Source: a virus (Duplodnaviria; Caudoviricetes). From it: a DNA stretch of 51,049 bases. Below are positions 36,499-45,761 of the stretch, piece after piece. Below the pieces are notes generated by a model, which was not told the DNA's origin, made no database searches, and saw nothing but the letters and a program-made list of their open reading frames with translations. Made by a program: the position numbers and the translations under genes. The DNA lies in the IMG/VR virus record IMGVR_UViG_3300017766_001762, positions 1 through 51,049 of that record, one strand, 5' to 3'. Numbering within the stretch: the first letter of the stretch is position 1; each line of letters starts with the position of its first letter.

Positions 36499-37277
36499 TA
36501 TTGGCCTCCAACAGGGCGAACACTTAAGATTTGTCCCCTGCGTTCTTGGCGTCTCTGTAATTCAGCCTGCGCGTCTTCGGGGGCCGCGGCATAGGCTTCC
36601 AGCTTCCTAGCGCCTTCCTGAACGGCATCCATAAATTCTTTAAGGGCTGCAGCGTAAGCCTCTGTAGATTGGCTGAGAGACAAACGAGCGTAAGCATTTT
36701 CTGCTCTGTTGCTCTCAAAGTTAGTTATCGCGCCGCCGCCTTTAAGCATCTGTCTGGCTTGCATAAAGGCCTGCCCTTGTAGTTGCTCGTGTAAGGCAAA
36801 AGCGTTAGCTGCGGAGGAGCCCCCGAACACTCTGGGTCTTTCAAGTACTGCGCCTTCGGTTTCTACACTCTGTCGGCCAAACGCTCCAGAAAGCGGGTCG
36901 AAACCCGTTCCCGTAATAGCGGGCAGACCCGGATGCGTAAGTAGCTGACCGCCAACAGAGTTAACAATAGCCGCAGAAGTTTTAGCAGTATCCGCAAGCG
37001 CACGAGCCTGACGCCGCGCCTGTTCCATCTTTTGGCGGTCAAGCTCAGTCTGCGTTTCTGTTCTTTCTCTCTGCGCCTCACGTAAATCAATCACGCTTTG
37101 CGTAACCACCGGCTCATAGCGTTCTTGTGTCTCGGCTATCCCCGCTTGCGCTTCTGCCTCACGCATGCCCGGCGCAACAGCAGCAGGGGCGGACGCGGGG
37201 GCGCCCCGGACCCACTGGGTGCCATCAAAAGTGTAGTTGTAACCCTGATGCTGTCTGTTCTCTCCGGACACTGGCAT
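36498..37277 (-). CDS. Putative ejection protein
   Basis: GQAF..AR..LKGGGAITNFE...A..A..RL pattern of phage DNA-transfer proteins. Confidence 0.6.
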   Translation of the reverse strand: MPVSGENRQHQGYNYTFDGTQWVRGAPASAPAAVAPGMREAEAQAGIAETQERYEPVVTQSVIDLREAQRERTETQTELDRQKMEQARRQARALADTAKTSAAIVNSVGGQLLTHPGLPAITGTGFDPLSGAFGRQSVETEGAVLERPRVFGGSSAANAFALHEQLQGQAFMQARQMLKGGGAITNFESNRAENAYARLSLSQSTEAYAAALKEFMDAVQEGARKLEAYAAAPEDAQAELQRRQERRGQILSVRPVGGQ

Positions 37278-37278
37278 A

Positions 37279-37962
37279 TTAACCTCCGAAGAAATTGGCA
37301 GGAAGCGCCGCGGGCGGTTCCGCCCCTAGAACGCCCGGCGCAGCCGCATCCGCAGGAACAATTCTGGGCTGATTACCTGTGGCCGGGCTCGGAGGGTACA
37401 CCCACGAACGACTGAGCGGATCCCAAGTTGGGTCTGGCAATTCGCCGCGTTCCATAAGATATTTGATCAGCAAGTCTTGCGGCGCATTCCGCGCTCCAAG
37501 CATCGCCTGCCTCTGCTGAAGCATCATGCTATCGCGCTCGGTGCCATACTGCTCAAGGAGCCTCTGCCGCTCATCTTCTATCTCACGCTGCGACGCCGCC
37601 TGCCCGCCGAGGGCGGTCGCGACATTGCCCAGCGTTCCCGCCGTGCCTGTCTTTGTCGGCGTCAGAAACGCCTGCGCGAGTTGAAACAACCGCTCTGTGC
37701 GAGACGGGCCCATCTGGCGCTTGCGAAGGTCTTCCGCCATGCGGTCCCATCTGCTGAGAACCGGCTCGTACATCTCACTGATCTGACGCTCGCGCTCTTC
37801 AGCCTGCTGCTGAAGAAGGCTGTATAGATCCGAGGTGTTGCCCATAGCCTGATTGAGGCCACCGACAGGCGCCGCCGGCGCTGCTGCCCCGTAGGTCCTC
37901 GGCGTAGCCGAAAACGTAAACGGGTTTGTGCTGTACGACCTGACCGCGAAATTGTCTGCCAT
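37279..37962 (-). CDS. Putative ejection protein
   Basis: Q/E/R-rich helices, GTLGNVATALGG segment. In the ejection block. Confidence 0.55.
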   Translation of the reverse strand: MADNFAVRSYSTNPFTFSATPRTYGAAAPAAPVGGLNQAMGNTSDLYSLLQQQAEERERQISEMYEPVLSRWDRMAEDLRKRQMGPSRTERLFQLAQAFLTPTKTGTAGTLGNVATALGGQAASQREIEDERQRLLEQYGTERDSMMLQQRQAMLGARNAPQDLLIKYLMERGELPDPTWDPLSRSWVYPPSPATGNQPRIVPADAAAPGVLGAEPPAALPANFFGG

Positions 37963-37979
37963 CGTCTTAATCCTTCGTC

Positions 37980-39008
37980 CTACTTAAACCAGCCAAGGTC
38001 GTCCATCTCGCTCAGTAATCCAGCGAGTCCGGTGAGACCGCCGCCGATAGCGCCGACAGTGCTTACCGACTCCGGCTGATAGCCGAGCGGCTGATACCCA
38101 TATTCCTGCACCGCTGTTGGCGCCGCCGGGCTGATGCTTTTGAACGTCTGAAGCGCTGCGTTGATCTGTTCCTGCGGGTAGCCCTGCTGCCGCAAGAAGT
38201 CCGCGTAGGCCGTCTCGAGGTTCTGCTGCTGGACGCCGCGTTCCGTCGCGCCGGGCGTTGATAGAGCGCCCGCGCCCTTGAGCCCGAGTTCCTGCGCCGA
38301 ACCTGCGAGATCAGCAAGCTGCGCCCCGCCCTTGAGGCCGCCCTCGAGCTGCGACTGGCCGAGCTGGCCTGCGATAGAGGAGAGCTGGCCGAAGCGCTGC
38401 TGTTCTTCCTGCGCCGCCGTCAATGCAGTACCGTAGCCTTCCTGCAAAGCCTTCGCCTGCGCCGCCGTCGTGCCCTCGCTGACATCCCGCAACGCCCGGC
38501 CCATCATCTCAGCCTGACGCGTGCTGCCGTACTGGCCCGCGCCGATAAAGCGGTCAGAGAGTTCCGGCAAAAGCTGTTCGCGCAGGGTGCGCGCGCCGAG
38601 TTCACCAATCCGGTTTACGACCTGCTCGGTGTAGGGGTTCATGAACTCTGGGAGCACGGACGCGGAGCCACGCCCCGCCGCCGTCAGATAGGGTTGCGCC
38701 GCGCCCAGCGCGCCGGGGCCGCCAACGGCCTGCGTGGTGGCCTGCGTGGCCTGCGACAGCAGGGGCTGGTAAGCCCCAGCCGCCGCCGTGCCTGCCGTCT
38801 GCGCCTGCCGCTCGAGCGCGGTGAGGGGCGCCACACGGGGCCCAGCATAGGTTGTGTAGGGCGTGTTCATCACGCCGCCCTGCCGCGCCATCAAGTCCAT
38901 CGCGTAGTTCGTGTACCACGTCGGCAAAGCCGTGGCCGTTGTTTTTGCGACCGGCGCCGTGCCCGCAGGGATCGGCTGCCCTTCGCTCAAGAAATCGCCA
39001 AGCGCCAT
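37980..39008 (-). CDS. Putative DNA pilot/ejection protein
   Basis: Y.GPRVAPL, FMNPY...V, G.YGSTR, Q-rich helices, C-terminal glycine zipper. Confidence 0.65.
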   Translation of the reverse strand: MALGDFLSEGQPIPAGTAPVAKTTATALPTWYTNYAMDLMARQGGVMNTPYTTYAGPRVAPLTALERQAQTAGTAAAGAYQPLLSQATQATTQAVGGPGALGAAQPYLTAAGRGSASVLPEFMNPYTEQVVNRIGELGARTLREQLLPELSDRFIGAGQYGSTRQAEMMGRALRDVSEGTTAAQAKALQEGYGTALTAAQEEQQRFGQLSSIAGQLGQSQLEGGLKGGAQLADLAGSAQELGLKGAGALSTPGATERGVQQQNLETAYADFLRQQGYPQEQINAALQTFKSISPAAPTAVQEYGYQPLGYQPESVSTVGAIGGGLTGLAGLLSEMDDLGWFK

Positions 39009-41074
39009 CAGGTGCGTCCTCCGGTCAAATACTTCTCGGGCTTCTTCGCGTTAACGCTGAAGCGCCCCTTTGATAGTTCGCGGCCCTTGTGCCGCCTCAC
39101 ATTTGCGCGGAAACGGTCAAGCGCTTCCGCGCCCGCCTTGCCCGAGCCGTTTCCGAGAAGCGCCACGGTCTCGGCGTCGATCACATATTCGCCGTCGCTG
39201 AGAAGTGCCGGGATCTCGTCGCTGCGCCCGTCGCCCTTGCCGCGAACGGCGAACGAGGGCTCCGAGGGCCGTTTAACGGCCATGCCGCCCGCCGCCGCCT
39301 GCATCGGCACATCCGTAAAGAACGAGGCCTCGGGGCGCGTCGCGTAGGTGAGCCAATCGTCCATCGACATGTTAACCGGGCGAGCCGTGCGAGGCGCACC
39401 GGGCCCAGTCGCAATAGTCGGAAGCGTTCCCGCGCCGGGGCCTGTGCCGTAGCCGTACCCCGGCGGAAGGCTTGGGGGCACTGGCATAACGCCGCCGCCT
39501 CCACTGCCTCCACTGCTGCCGGCACCTACACCAAGCGCACCCAGCAGACCCAAACCCTGCCCGCCAATCCCGATAGCGTCGAGGTAGTCGCTCAGGGTCC
39601 AGCCATCTTCTTCGCCCGGCGTCTCGCCCGGCGTCTCGCCCGGCGTCTCGCCCGGCGTCTCGGTCGGCGCAGTGCCGCCTGCCGCCGTCGCGAGCCCCGC
39701 TCCGGCGCTTAAAGCGCCAAGGGCGGTCAGAGGCTCAATCGGTGGGTCGGTCGCCGTGATTGTTACGTCTAAGGCAGGATCCGCGTAGGCACTGCCGCTG
39801 GCACTGCCGCTGGCGCCCGCCGCGCCCCCGATAAGAGCATTTACAGGCTTGATCGGCGGCGGCTTAATCATGTCCGCCGTGACTGTCACATCCGATACGG
39901 GTGTGCCTAAAGCCGAAAGACCAGACGCGGCACCACCTAACACAGCGCCCTGCGCTGCAGTCGCCTGCGGAAGCAAATTGCCTATGATGCTTATTTCGTT
40001 CAAAGCCCCTGACGTCAAGCTCGGAAGCGCACTCGTTGCCGCGCCTGTCGCGGCGCCCATAACCTGCCCAGTCAAAGCGTTCGTAATCGGCGGAAGGTTG
40101 CCAATCGACGATAAGATTTGAGACTGAGGTACGGCTTGTACCGCCGTCGAGGTAAGCGCGGAGCTCCCCGCATCGCCTAACGCGCCCCAAGGGTTGACGC
40201 CCATGATGGCGCTGCCGGCGTATGCGGTGCCCGCTGCAAGCGCAGCGCGCATAAGCCCCTCTTCAAAATCGCGCTCTTGAATTGTGCTGCCGAGCGCGGA
40301 TCCTAGCGCCGCTCCGGCCACAGGCCCTATGCCCGGAATCATCGCCATAGCCGCAGGCAAAACGTAGTCCGTAAGGGCGGTGCCGACCGCCGCCCACGTC
40401 CCCTGATGCTCAGGGAAGGTCGGAAGCGGGTCTGGGGGCGGAAGGCCTTTGGCTGCGTTCTCACCCGCCAAAGCGTACCAAGCACTGCCGAGCATTGAGT
40501 CGAGCTTGCCGACGTTTTTGGGGTTCGTCGTGGTCCAGCGGTAGTTAATGAGTGCTGGCATGATCTGCTCGAGCGTGGCGCCGTTCTGGATGGCGCCCGC
40601 GAGCTCCGGTGCCTCGCCGGACGCGAGCAACGAATAGCGTATGTTCTGCAGTGGGTCCGCCACCCCGGTCACAAAACCGGACGCCCCTAAATCCGCCTGC
40701 GCCACTTCCGCGAAGTTAACAATCGGGTTTAGGGCCTTAGCGTTCGCGCCCGACGTTGTGAATCGCTGGAGTTGTTCTAGCGCGTCATAAACAACAGAAA
40801 GCGGGGCGCCTTGGTCTATTGCGCTGACGATGTTTTCTGCGCCACCCCACGCCGCGAGATCAGCGCGGATCTTCGCCATAATGGGGTCCGCGCCACCGGA
40901 CACGTCGATCTGGCCGGAGAGCTGCCCCTGCGCAGCGTTAAGATCCTGCTGCGCCTGCGCCACCATCTCGCTCCAGTCGGCGAACTCGTCGCTCTGGGGA
41001 TTTGAGGGCTGCTGGCTTTGTAGTTCTGCTAAGGCGTCTTGGGCCGCAACAAGAGGGCTTGTGTAGTATGCCAT
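39008..41074 (-). CDS. Large low-complexity internal virion protein
   Basis: Glycine-zipper segments, (ETPG)4, C-terminal V.G.GDGRSDEIPA.LSDGEYVIDAETV motif. Confidence 0.65.
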   Translation of the reverse strand: MAYYTSPLVAAQDALAELQSQQPSNPQSDEFADWSEMVAQAQQDLNAAQGQLSGQIDVSGGADPIMAKIRADLAAWGGAENIVSAIDQGAPLSVVYDALEQLQRFTTSGANAKALNPIVNFAEVAQADLGASGFVTGVADPLQNIRYSLLASGEAPELAGAIQNGATLEQIMPALINYRWTTTNPKNVGKLDSMLGSAWYALAGENAAKGLPPPDPLPTFPEHQGTWAAVGTALTDYVLPAAMAMIPGIGPVAGAALGSALGSTIQERDFEEGLMRAALAAGTAYAGSAIMGVNPWGALGDAGSSALTSTAVQAVPQSQILSSIGNLPPITNALTGQVMGAATGAATSALPSLTSGALNEISIIGNLLPQATAAQGAVLGGAASGLSALGTPVSDVTVTADMIKPPPIKPVNALIGGAAGASGSASGSAYADPALDVTITATDPPIEPLTALGALSAGAGLATAAGGTAPTETPGETPGETPGETPGEEDGWTLSDYLDAIGIGGQGLGLLGALGVGAGSSGGSGGGGVMPVPPSLPPGYGYGTGPGAGTLPTIATGPGAPRTARPVNMSMDDWLTYATRPEASFFTDVPMQAAAGGMAVKRPSEPSFAVRGKGDGRSDEIPALLSDGEYVIDAETVALLGNGSGKAGAEALDRFRANVRRHKGRELSKGRFSVNAKKPEKYLTGGRT
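39612..39661. repeat. Perfect 12-bp tandem repeat (x4) encoding ETPG
   Basis: (TCGCCCGGCGTC)4. Confidence 0.9.
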
Positions 41075-41307
41075 CAGCCATTTCCTTGCAGTATTGGATA
41101 CATTCGCATCGCCCAGTCCCGCCAGTCCGAAAACTGATATGGATCAGGTGGGACGCGCTGCGTGAAATCTGACGCGCGTACAAATCCTACCGCCCAGTCC
41201 TGCCAGCGACTCTCGTCGTCTAACCGACCAAAAGCCCAAGCATCGCCTACGGCCAATACTACACTATCCGCCCAATCCAGCAAAGACATGCCCCGTGGGT
41301 CGATCAT
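41074..41307 (-). CDS. Small Trp-rich virion-associated protein
   Basis: DW...WQDWA...PDPYQF.DW.DWA. Coupled to both neighbours. Confidence 0.7.
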   Translation of the reverse strand: MIDPRGMSLLDWADSVVLAVGDAWAFGRLDDESRWQDWAVGFVRASDFTQRVPPDPYQFSDWRDWAMRMYPILQGNG

Positions 41308-43082
41308 CCTATGACCGTCCCGTCGCCCGGCTGAACGTGCGCCAAGACCTGACCCATCTGGTAGTTACCCCCGAGGGTGTCGCTCTTGAAGAAAAACCGC
41401 AGTTCGCGCCGCTGCGTCTTAAAATAGAGCACCTGTTCCTGCGGCGTGCTGGGCGTCGGGACCAGCGTCTTTGCCTCGCTGTTCACCTCCGGCGCGCGGG
41501 CGTTGGCGCGCCCACGAACCTCGACGGTCATGTCGCCCGCCTGCACAAAATCAGGCTCGACCATAAGAACCTGCAAGGCTTTATTTTGCTGCTGGGTTAC
41601 AGGCAGGGAAATGTCCGCCGTCTCGAAATACGACGGGATGGGCTGGATGTTAAGACCGTCCACGGCATCCGTTCCGATCTCGTGGATCCAGAGCTTATAG
41701 GGCCGAATGAACGTGATATCGAAGGTCGCATCCGTGCCGCTGCCGCCCGTGACAGACACCGGGTTCGACGGTATGGTTGTGTAGTTGCCGGCGTTTGAAA
41801 TCTCGATGCCGTCAATCACGTTGCCGGTTTCCGACGAAACTGTAAGCTCGACGGGCACACCGCCCTCGCCGCCCTCGACTGCCAGAACGTCGCCCACCTC
41901 GTAATCCGCGCCGCCGTCGTCAATGCTAACGCTTTGGGCGATGTAGTTCTGGGGCGCAACGCCTGCCAAGATCGGGCGCCTAAACACGGTAGGGAAAATG
42001 CCAGCGCTGCGCCCGCCTTCGGGCAGCGCACAATCGTACCAAGTTTGCTCGCGCACGTTATAGATGACGGCGTGGTTAGGCTCGAGCGAGTCGCCCTTCG
42101 GGAAACACCACCAGATCTCACCAAAGCGCGGAACTTTATAGGCGAATACCTTCTGACGCTGCGCGTAGTTCAGATTGTCGAAGAAGAAATTAAAGTTGAG
42201 GGCGTTCGGTATTTCGCGGACGACACCGTTGAACATCAGAAAGCGATCAGTGCCGATCCAGTAGAAGATGCCGTCATACTCAATGACGGATTGCGCCGCC
42301 AAGATGGAGGATTGTGTCGAAAGTGTATCAAACTGCCAGACGGTCGTGCTGCCGACGAAGGACGCGCGGAGCAGGCTGTCCGCCGACCAGAAAAGCCCAG
42401 ACGGCGAGTTGCCGGGGCCGCCGCGCAGCGGGAGCCCGCGCACAATCTTCTGCCCCGTAATCACCGCGTCGCCTGAACCAGAACCTGTAAGGTCCGCCGG
42501 ATCGCCCGGCACGGACCAGCCCCAATAGCCGTCAGTACCGAAGAAGATCAGATACGGATGCAGTACGACAATGCCGCCCGTTGCGTTGCCGCCGGTCGGT
42601 AGGGTTACAGAGGTAAGCGCTGCCGTATCCAAAAGATCGCCGGTAAATATCTCACCGCCCGTGCTGTTGCAGATGCAGCCGAGGTTTGGAGCGACCTGCG
42701 CCACGATCTTGTTAGACCCCGACACCGCGACGGTGTCGTAAAGGACATCGAACTGCCACATGTTACTGGCGTTAGCCGTAAACCCGCTTGTCGGCGTGCG
42801 GTCTGTAATGACGCTTGTGTTGTTCGAGCCGTCTATGTAGAGCCGCTCGACGAGATTAGCGGAGCCCGCGTGGATGTAAGTTAGGTTGTCCTGAGTATAT
42901 TCGTGCAGGGTGCGGACGAGCCCCTGCAAGTATTTATTCACGGAACGATAGCCGCCCATCTTTCGCGGCAACCCGCGCTGAAAGCGGACCCACTGGCCGT
43001 CGACATAGTTGTCGCCTTCAAAGCGCGTTCCGTCCCGCTTGATACCGGGCTGAGACGCAATCTTTATGACCGTGTCCGCCAT
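41304..43082 (-). CDS. Tail nozzle / P22 gp10-like stabilisation protein
   Basis: PGIKRDGT, WVRFQRGLP.KMGG, FYWIG...F..FNG.V, FGEIWW.FP...VIYN..E..WY. Follows the adaptor. Confidence 0.75.
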   Translation of the reverse strand: MADTVIKIASQPGIKRDGTRFEGDNYVDGQWVRFQRGLPRKMGGYRSVNKYLQGLVRTLHEYTQDNLTYIHAGSANLVERLYIDGSNNTSVITDRTPTSGFTANASNMWQFDVLYDTVAVSGSNKIVAQVAPNLGCICNSTGGEIFTGDLLDTAALTSVTLPTGGNATGGIVVLHPYLIFFGTDGYWGWSVPGDPADLTGSGSGDAVITGQKIVRGLPLRGGPGNSPSGLFWSADSLLRASFVGSTTVWQFDTLSTQSSILAAQSVIEYDGIFYWIGTDRFLMFNGVVREIPNALNFNFFFDNLNYAQRQKVFAYKVPRFGEIWWCFPKGDSLEPNHAVIYNVREQTWYDCALPEGGRSAGIFPTVFRRPILAGVAPQNYIAQSVSIDDGGADYEVGDVLAVEGGEGGVPVELTVSSETGNVIDGIEISNAGNYTTIPSNPVSVTGGSGTDATFDITFIRPYKLWIHEIGTDAVDGLNIQPIPSYFETADISLPVTQQQNKALQVLMVEPDFVQAGDMTVEVRGRANARAPEVNSEAKTLVPTPSTPQEQVLYFKTQRRELRFFFKSDTLGGNYQMGQVLAHVQPGDGTVIG

Positions 43083-44293
43083 TAGCTGATCGCCACCGCA
43101 AATTTCTGAGCCTCTTCCGGTGTCACTGCGTTAATGACAGCTCTTGCTGCGGCGGCGCTCGCCGCCGTAAACAATGCGATGCCGTCAGTCGTTCCGCCGA
43201 GGTTGATAAGAGCCGCGCCTGCCGTTGTGGCCCCGGTGCCGCCGTCCGCAACCGCGATAGGCGTAGAGATGCCAGCCGTTGCCGCGTTTACGACATCGCT
43301 GCCGTCGCAGTAATAAATGCCGCGAGAGCCCTGTGCAATTATGACAGGAACGACTTGCGAGGCGGTCCTGAAGCCGAGATTGAAAGAACCAGTCGTCGAG
43401 TTATCAATCCAGTATTGCTGCGTCGTCGGCGGGACAATGATGTCAAGGTCCGCAATGAGCGCGCCGTCAATACGATACGCAATGCGGTTTAGTTCAGCGC
43501 CTGACAGCGTGTAGGGGTCGCTCTCGCCCGTGATGCTGATGCTCGTGTAGTCAAACGCGAAGACTGCCTGCTGGCCGTAGCCGATAGTGTACCAGCCTAT
43601 GCCGTCGCTAGTCGGAATTGCGCTGTCGCCGGGGCGTAGGACTAACGTCGCACCGCCATTGATAAGCTCCGCCCCGCTCGGATCAATCGTGAGATTGCCC
43701 GAGCCGCCGTTGCGAACCGAGATAAAGAACCCGTCCCCTACCGTGGCCGCCGCCGGGAGCGTCAATGTACCAACGCCTCCGTCCCAGACGTAGGTGCTCG
43801 CGCGATCAGCAACGCCCGCCGTGTAGTTGCTGTTGAACAGAACAGTCGGGCTAGTCTGCGAGAGCGTGCTGCCCGTTGCCGTCAAGCCGTAACCAGCGAG
43901 GGCCGAGGCCTGCGCCTGCGCGGTCGATGCGCCGTAACGGAAGGTGCGCCAAGAGCCTGCCGCCGTGGTGTTGTCGGTCAGATAAATCTGCCACTGCTGC
44001 CCCTGCGAGATGGACAGAAGCGTGCCGCCGGCGTCATCCTTAACCGTGATCGTCGAAGGGCCGAGGTTATTAAACAGGATTGTCTGGCCGACGCCCGTCT
44101 GATCCGCAGGAGGCATGATGATCGAATAGGCGCCAGTCGGCGTCACGTCGATGATGCGCGCCGCGACCGTGTTTCCGGCGTTCGTCTCCAGCGGCCACGA
44201 CAGCGTCGTGTCCTCTGTCAGGCTGAGTGCCAGATACGAAACGTCTGACGGGTAGATGGTAGCCCCGCCAAAGACCTGCGTGTAAACCGACAT
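43082..44293 (-). CDS. Tail-associated structural protein
   Basis: T/G/S-rich. TLTLP.AA..GDG, V..GGTGATTA..A..NLG fibre-type motif. Confidence 0.65.
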   Translation of the reverse strand: MSVYTQVFGGATIYPSDVSYLALSLTEDTTLSWPLETNAGNTVAARIIDVTPTGAYSIIMPPADQTGVGQTILFNNLGPSTITVKDDAGGTLLSISQGQQWQIYLTDNTTAAGSWRTFRYGASTAQAQASALAGYGLTATGSTLSQTSPTVLFNSNYTAGVADRASTYVWDGGVGTLTLPAAATVGDGFFISVRNGGSGNLTIDPSGAELINGGATLVLRPGDSAIPTSDGIGWYTIGYGQQAVFAFDYTSISITGESDPYTLSGAELNRIAYRIDGALIADLDIIVPPTTQQYWIDNSTTGSFNLGFRTASQVVPVIIAQGSRGIYYCDGSDVVNAATAGISTPIAVADGGTGATTAGAALINLGGTTDGIALFTAASAAAARAVINAVTPEEAQKFAVAIS

Positions 44294-44947
44294 TTACGCC
44301 TCCTTACGAACCGCAGAGCGGTCTAGTATTTTGGCGAGATCTTCGCCGTTAAGCATGGCCGCCGCGCGGTCATACATGTTCTGCCAGACCGAAATGCGCT
44401 CGTCGTTCTTGAGGAACGGCGTCGCCTCGAGCAGGGTTCCGTACAAGAGAAGCTGCGGCGCGTACTCGGTAAGCCAATTGGTCTGCACTACATCATCAAG
44501 AAGCGGCGGGAGTTCGTAGTAAAGAACCTCAAACGGATAGTCCTCATCTGGGGTCGGCGCGATCAGCCAGTGACTGTAATCGTAGTCGCTGTAGAAGATG
44601 GGCTCGTCCGTCTGGGTACTGTCGGGCCAATACGTCCGAAGATATTCATAGCCGCGCGTAAAGAGGGTCTTGCGGGTGTTGTTCTCGTTCCCGATACCGA
44701 TATTGATGCTGACCGTGTCGCGCCAGCGATCAGGCTTGTCGTAAACAGATTGCCCCGTCGTAAGCGATCCGCTGACAACATTTATGAAGCCCTGTATCTT
44801 GAGTTCGCGGGCAATACGCCGTTCTGCAAGATTGATGAGGCGCGGGATCTGCTCATAAACGACCGCGTCTGAGGCCAGCGTCGCCCCGCGCTCAAGGTAG
44901 CGCCGGACGTCCTCTTGCAGGGTCGTAAACGTCATAGATGTAGACAT
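44294..44947 (-). CDS. Head-tail adaptor protein
   Basis: M.F..L...V..YLER, I.LAE.RI.R, P.FY...APTPD..Y, TNWL...AP..LLYG.L.EA..FLK. Confidence 0.75.
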   Translation of the reverse strand: MSTSMTFTTLQEDVRRYLERGATLASDAVVYEQIPRLINLAERRIARELKIQGFINVVSGSLTTGQSVYDKPDRWRDTVSINIGIGNENNTRKTLFTRGYEYLRTYWPDSTQTDEPIFYSDYDYSHWLIAPTPDEDYPFEVLYYELPPLLDDVVQTNWLTEYAPQLLLYGTLLEATPFLKNDERISVWQNMYDRAAAMLNGEDLAKILDRSAVRKEA

Positions 44948-44955
44948 TGCGGCCT

Positions 44956-45309
44956 CTACTTAAGGTTGCGGAGCTTGTAGATCGTGGAGAGATAAACGCC
45001 AGACAGCGCGTCGATCAGATTGGCGACCGCTCGGTTGCCCTTGCAGATCTTTTCGTGATTTTCCTCAATCCACTTGGCCTCGTTTTCCAGATGCTCAAGG
45101 ATCTCTGGGACATTCGGATCCGGCGCCGGGATGTTCCCCACCAGCTCATAGGCGCCCTGATACGCCTCGACGAGGTCGTCCAAAGCCTCAAGGACATCCT
45201 CATAAAAGTTCCCAAGGGCCTTGTGCTCGGAATAAGATTTCGTGCGCCAGTGGACCCAATGCGCGACGTTGCGCGTATAGAATACCCGGCTGATTAGCTG
45301 TTCTATCAA
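44956..45309 (-). CDS. DUF5856 ferritin/Dps-like protein
   Basis: H..HW.T.SY..HKAL..FY...D.LVEAYQG, YKL..LK. SD GGGAG and TTG 45309 overlapping the endolysin TGA. Confidence 0.75.
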   Translation of the reverse strand: MIEQLISRVFYTRNVAHWVHWRTKSYSEHKALGNFYEDVLEALDDLVEAYQGAYELVGNIPAPDPNVPEILEHLENEAKWIEENHEKICKGNRAVANLIDALSGVYLSTIYKLRNLK

Positions 45310-45761
45310 GGTTCTCCCGGAAGCAATGCCGCCTCCGCCTCTCTCCGTCTGACCAGTCCGGGCAGGATTTTGCCACCGCCTCGAACCCAACGCCGGATCT
45401 CAGTCCTCGCCCCCTGCCAGTCGAGCGCGTTAATGCGCCGACGCAAAGTCGAGGTCTGGAGGCGACCGACTCCAAGATTGTAGCAGAAATCTACAATCGC
45501 GTTTAGTGCGCGCTAATCGGTCGCTAGAACCGGGCAGGCCCGCAGCGTGCCCGGCAGGTAGTCCCGACGGATTTGGGCCTCCAGAAGCGTTTCCGCCTCT
45601 TTTTCGGTCACGGGTGCGTCTGTCAGGCTGACAGGCCTGCCGTCCATATATCTGGTCGTGCCGTAACCAATCGTGGGGACGCCAGCCGGGCAAAGATACG
45701 GCTTGGGCCGAAAGCCCTCAAACTCTTTGCACAAGGCCAGAGCGATAACCAGACAGGACAC
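45306..45761 (-). CDS. GH24 endolysin interrupted by an in-frame TAG at codon 83 (45515-45513)
   Basis: FEGFRPKPYLCPAGVPTIGYGTT...CPVLATD*RALNAIVDFCYNLGVG...RW..GGGKILPGLVRRREAE. Both halves are in one frame. Confidence 0.85.
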
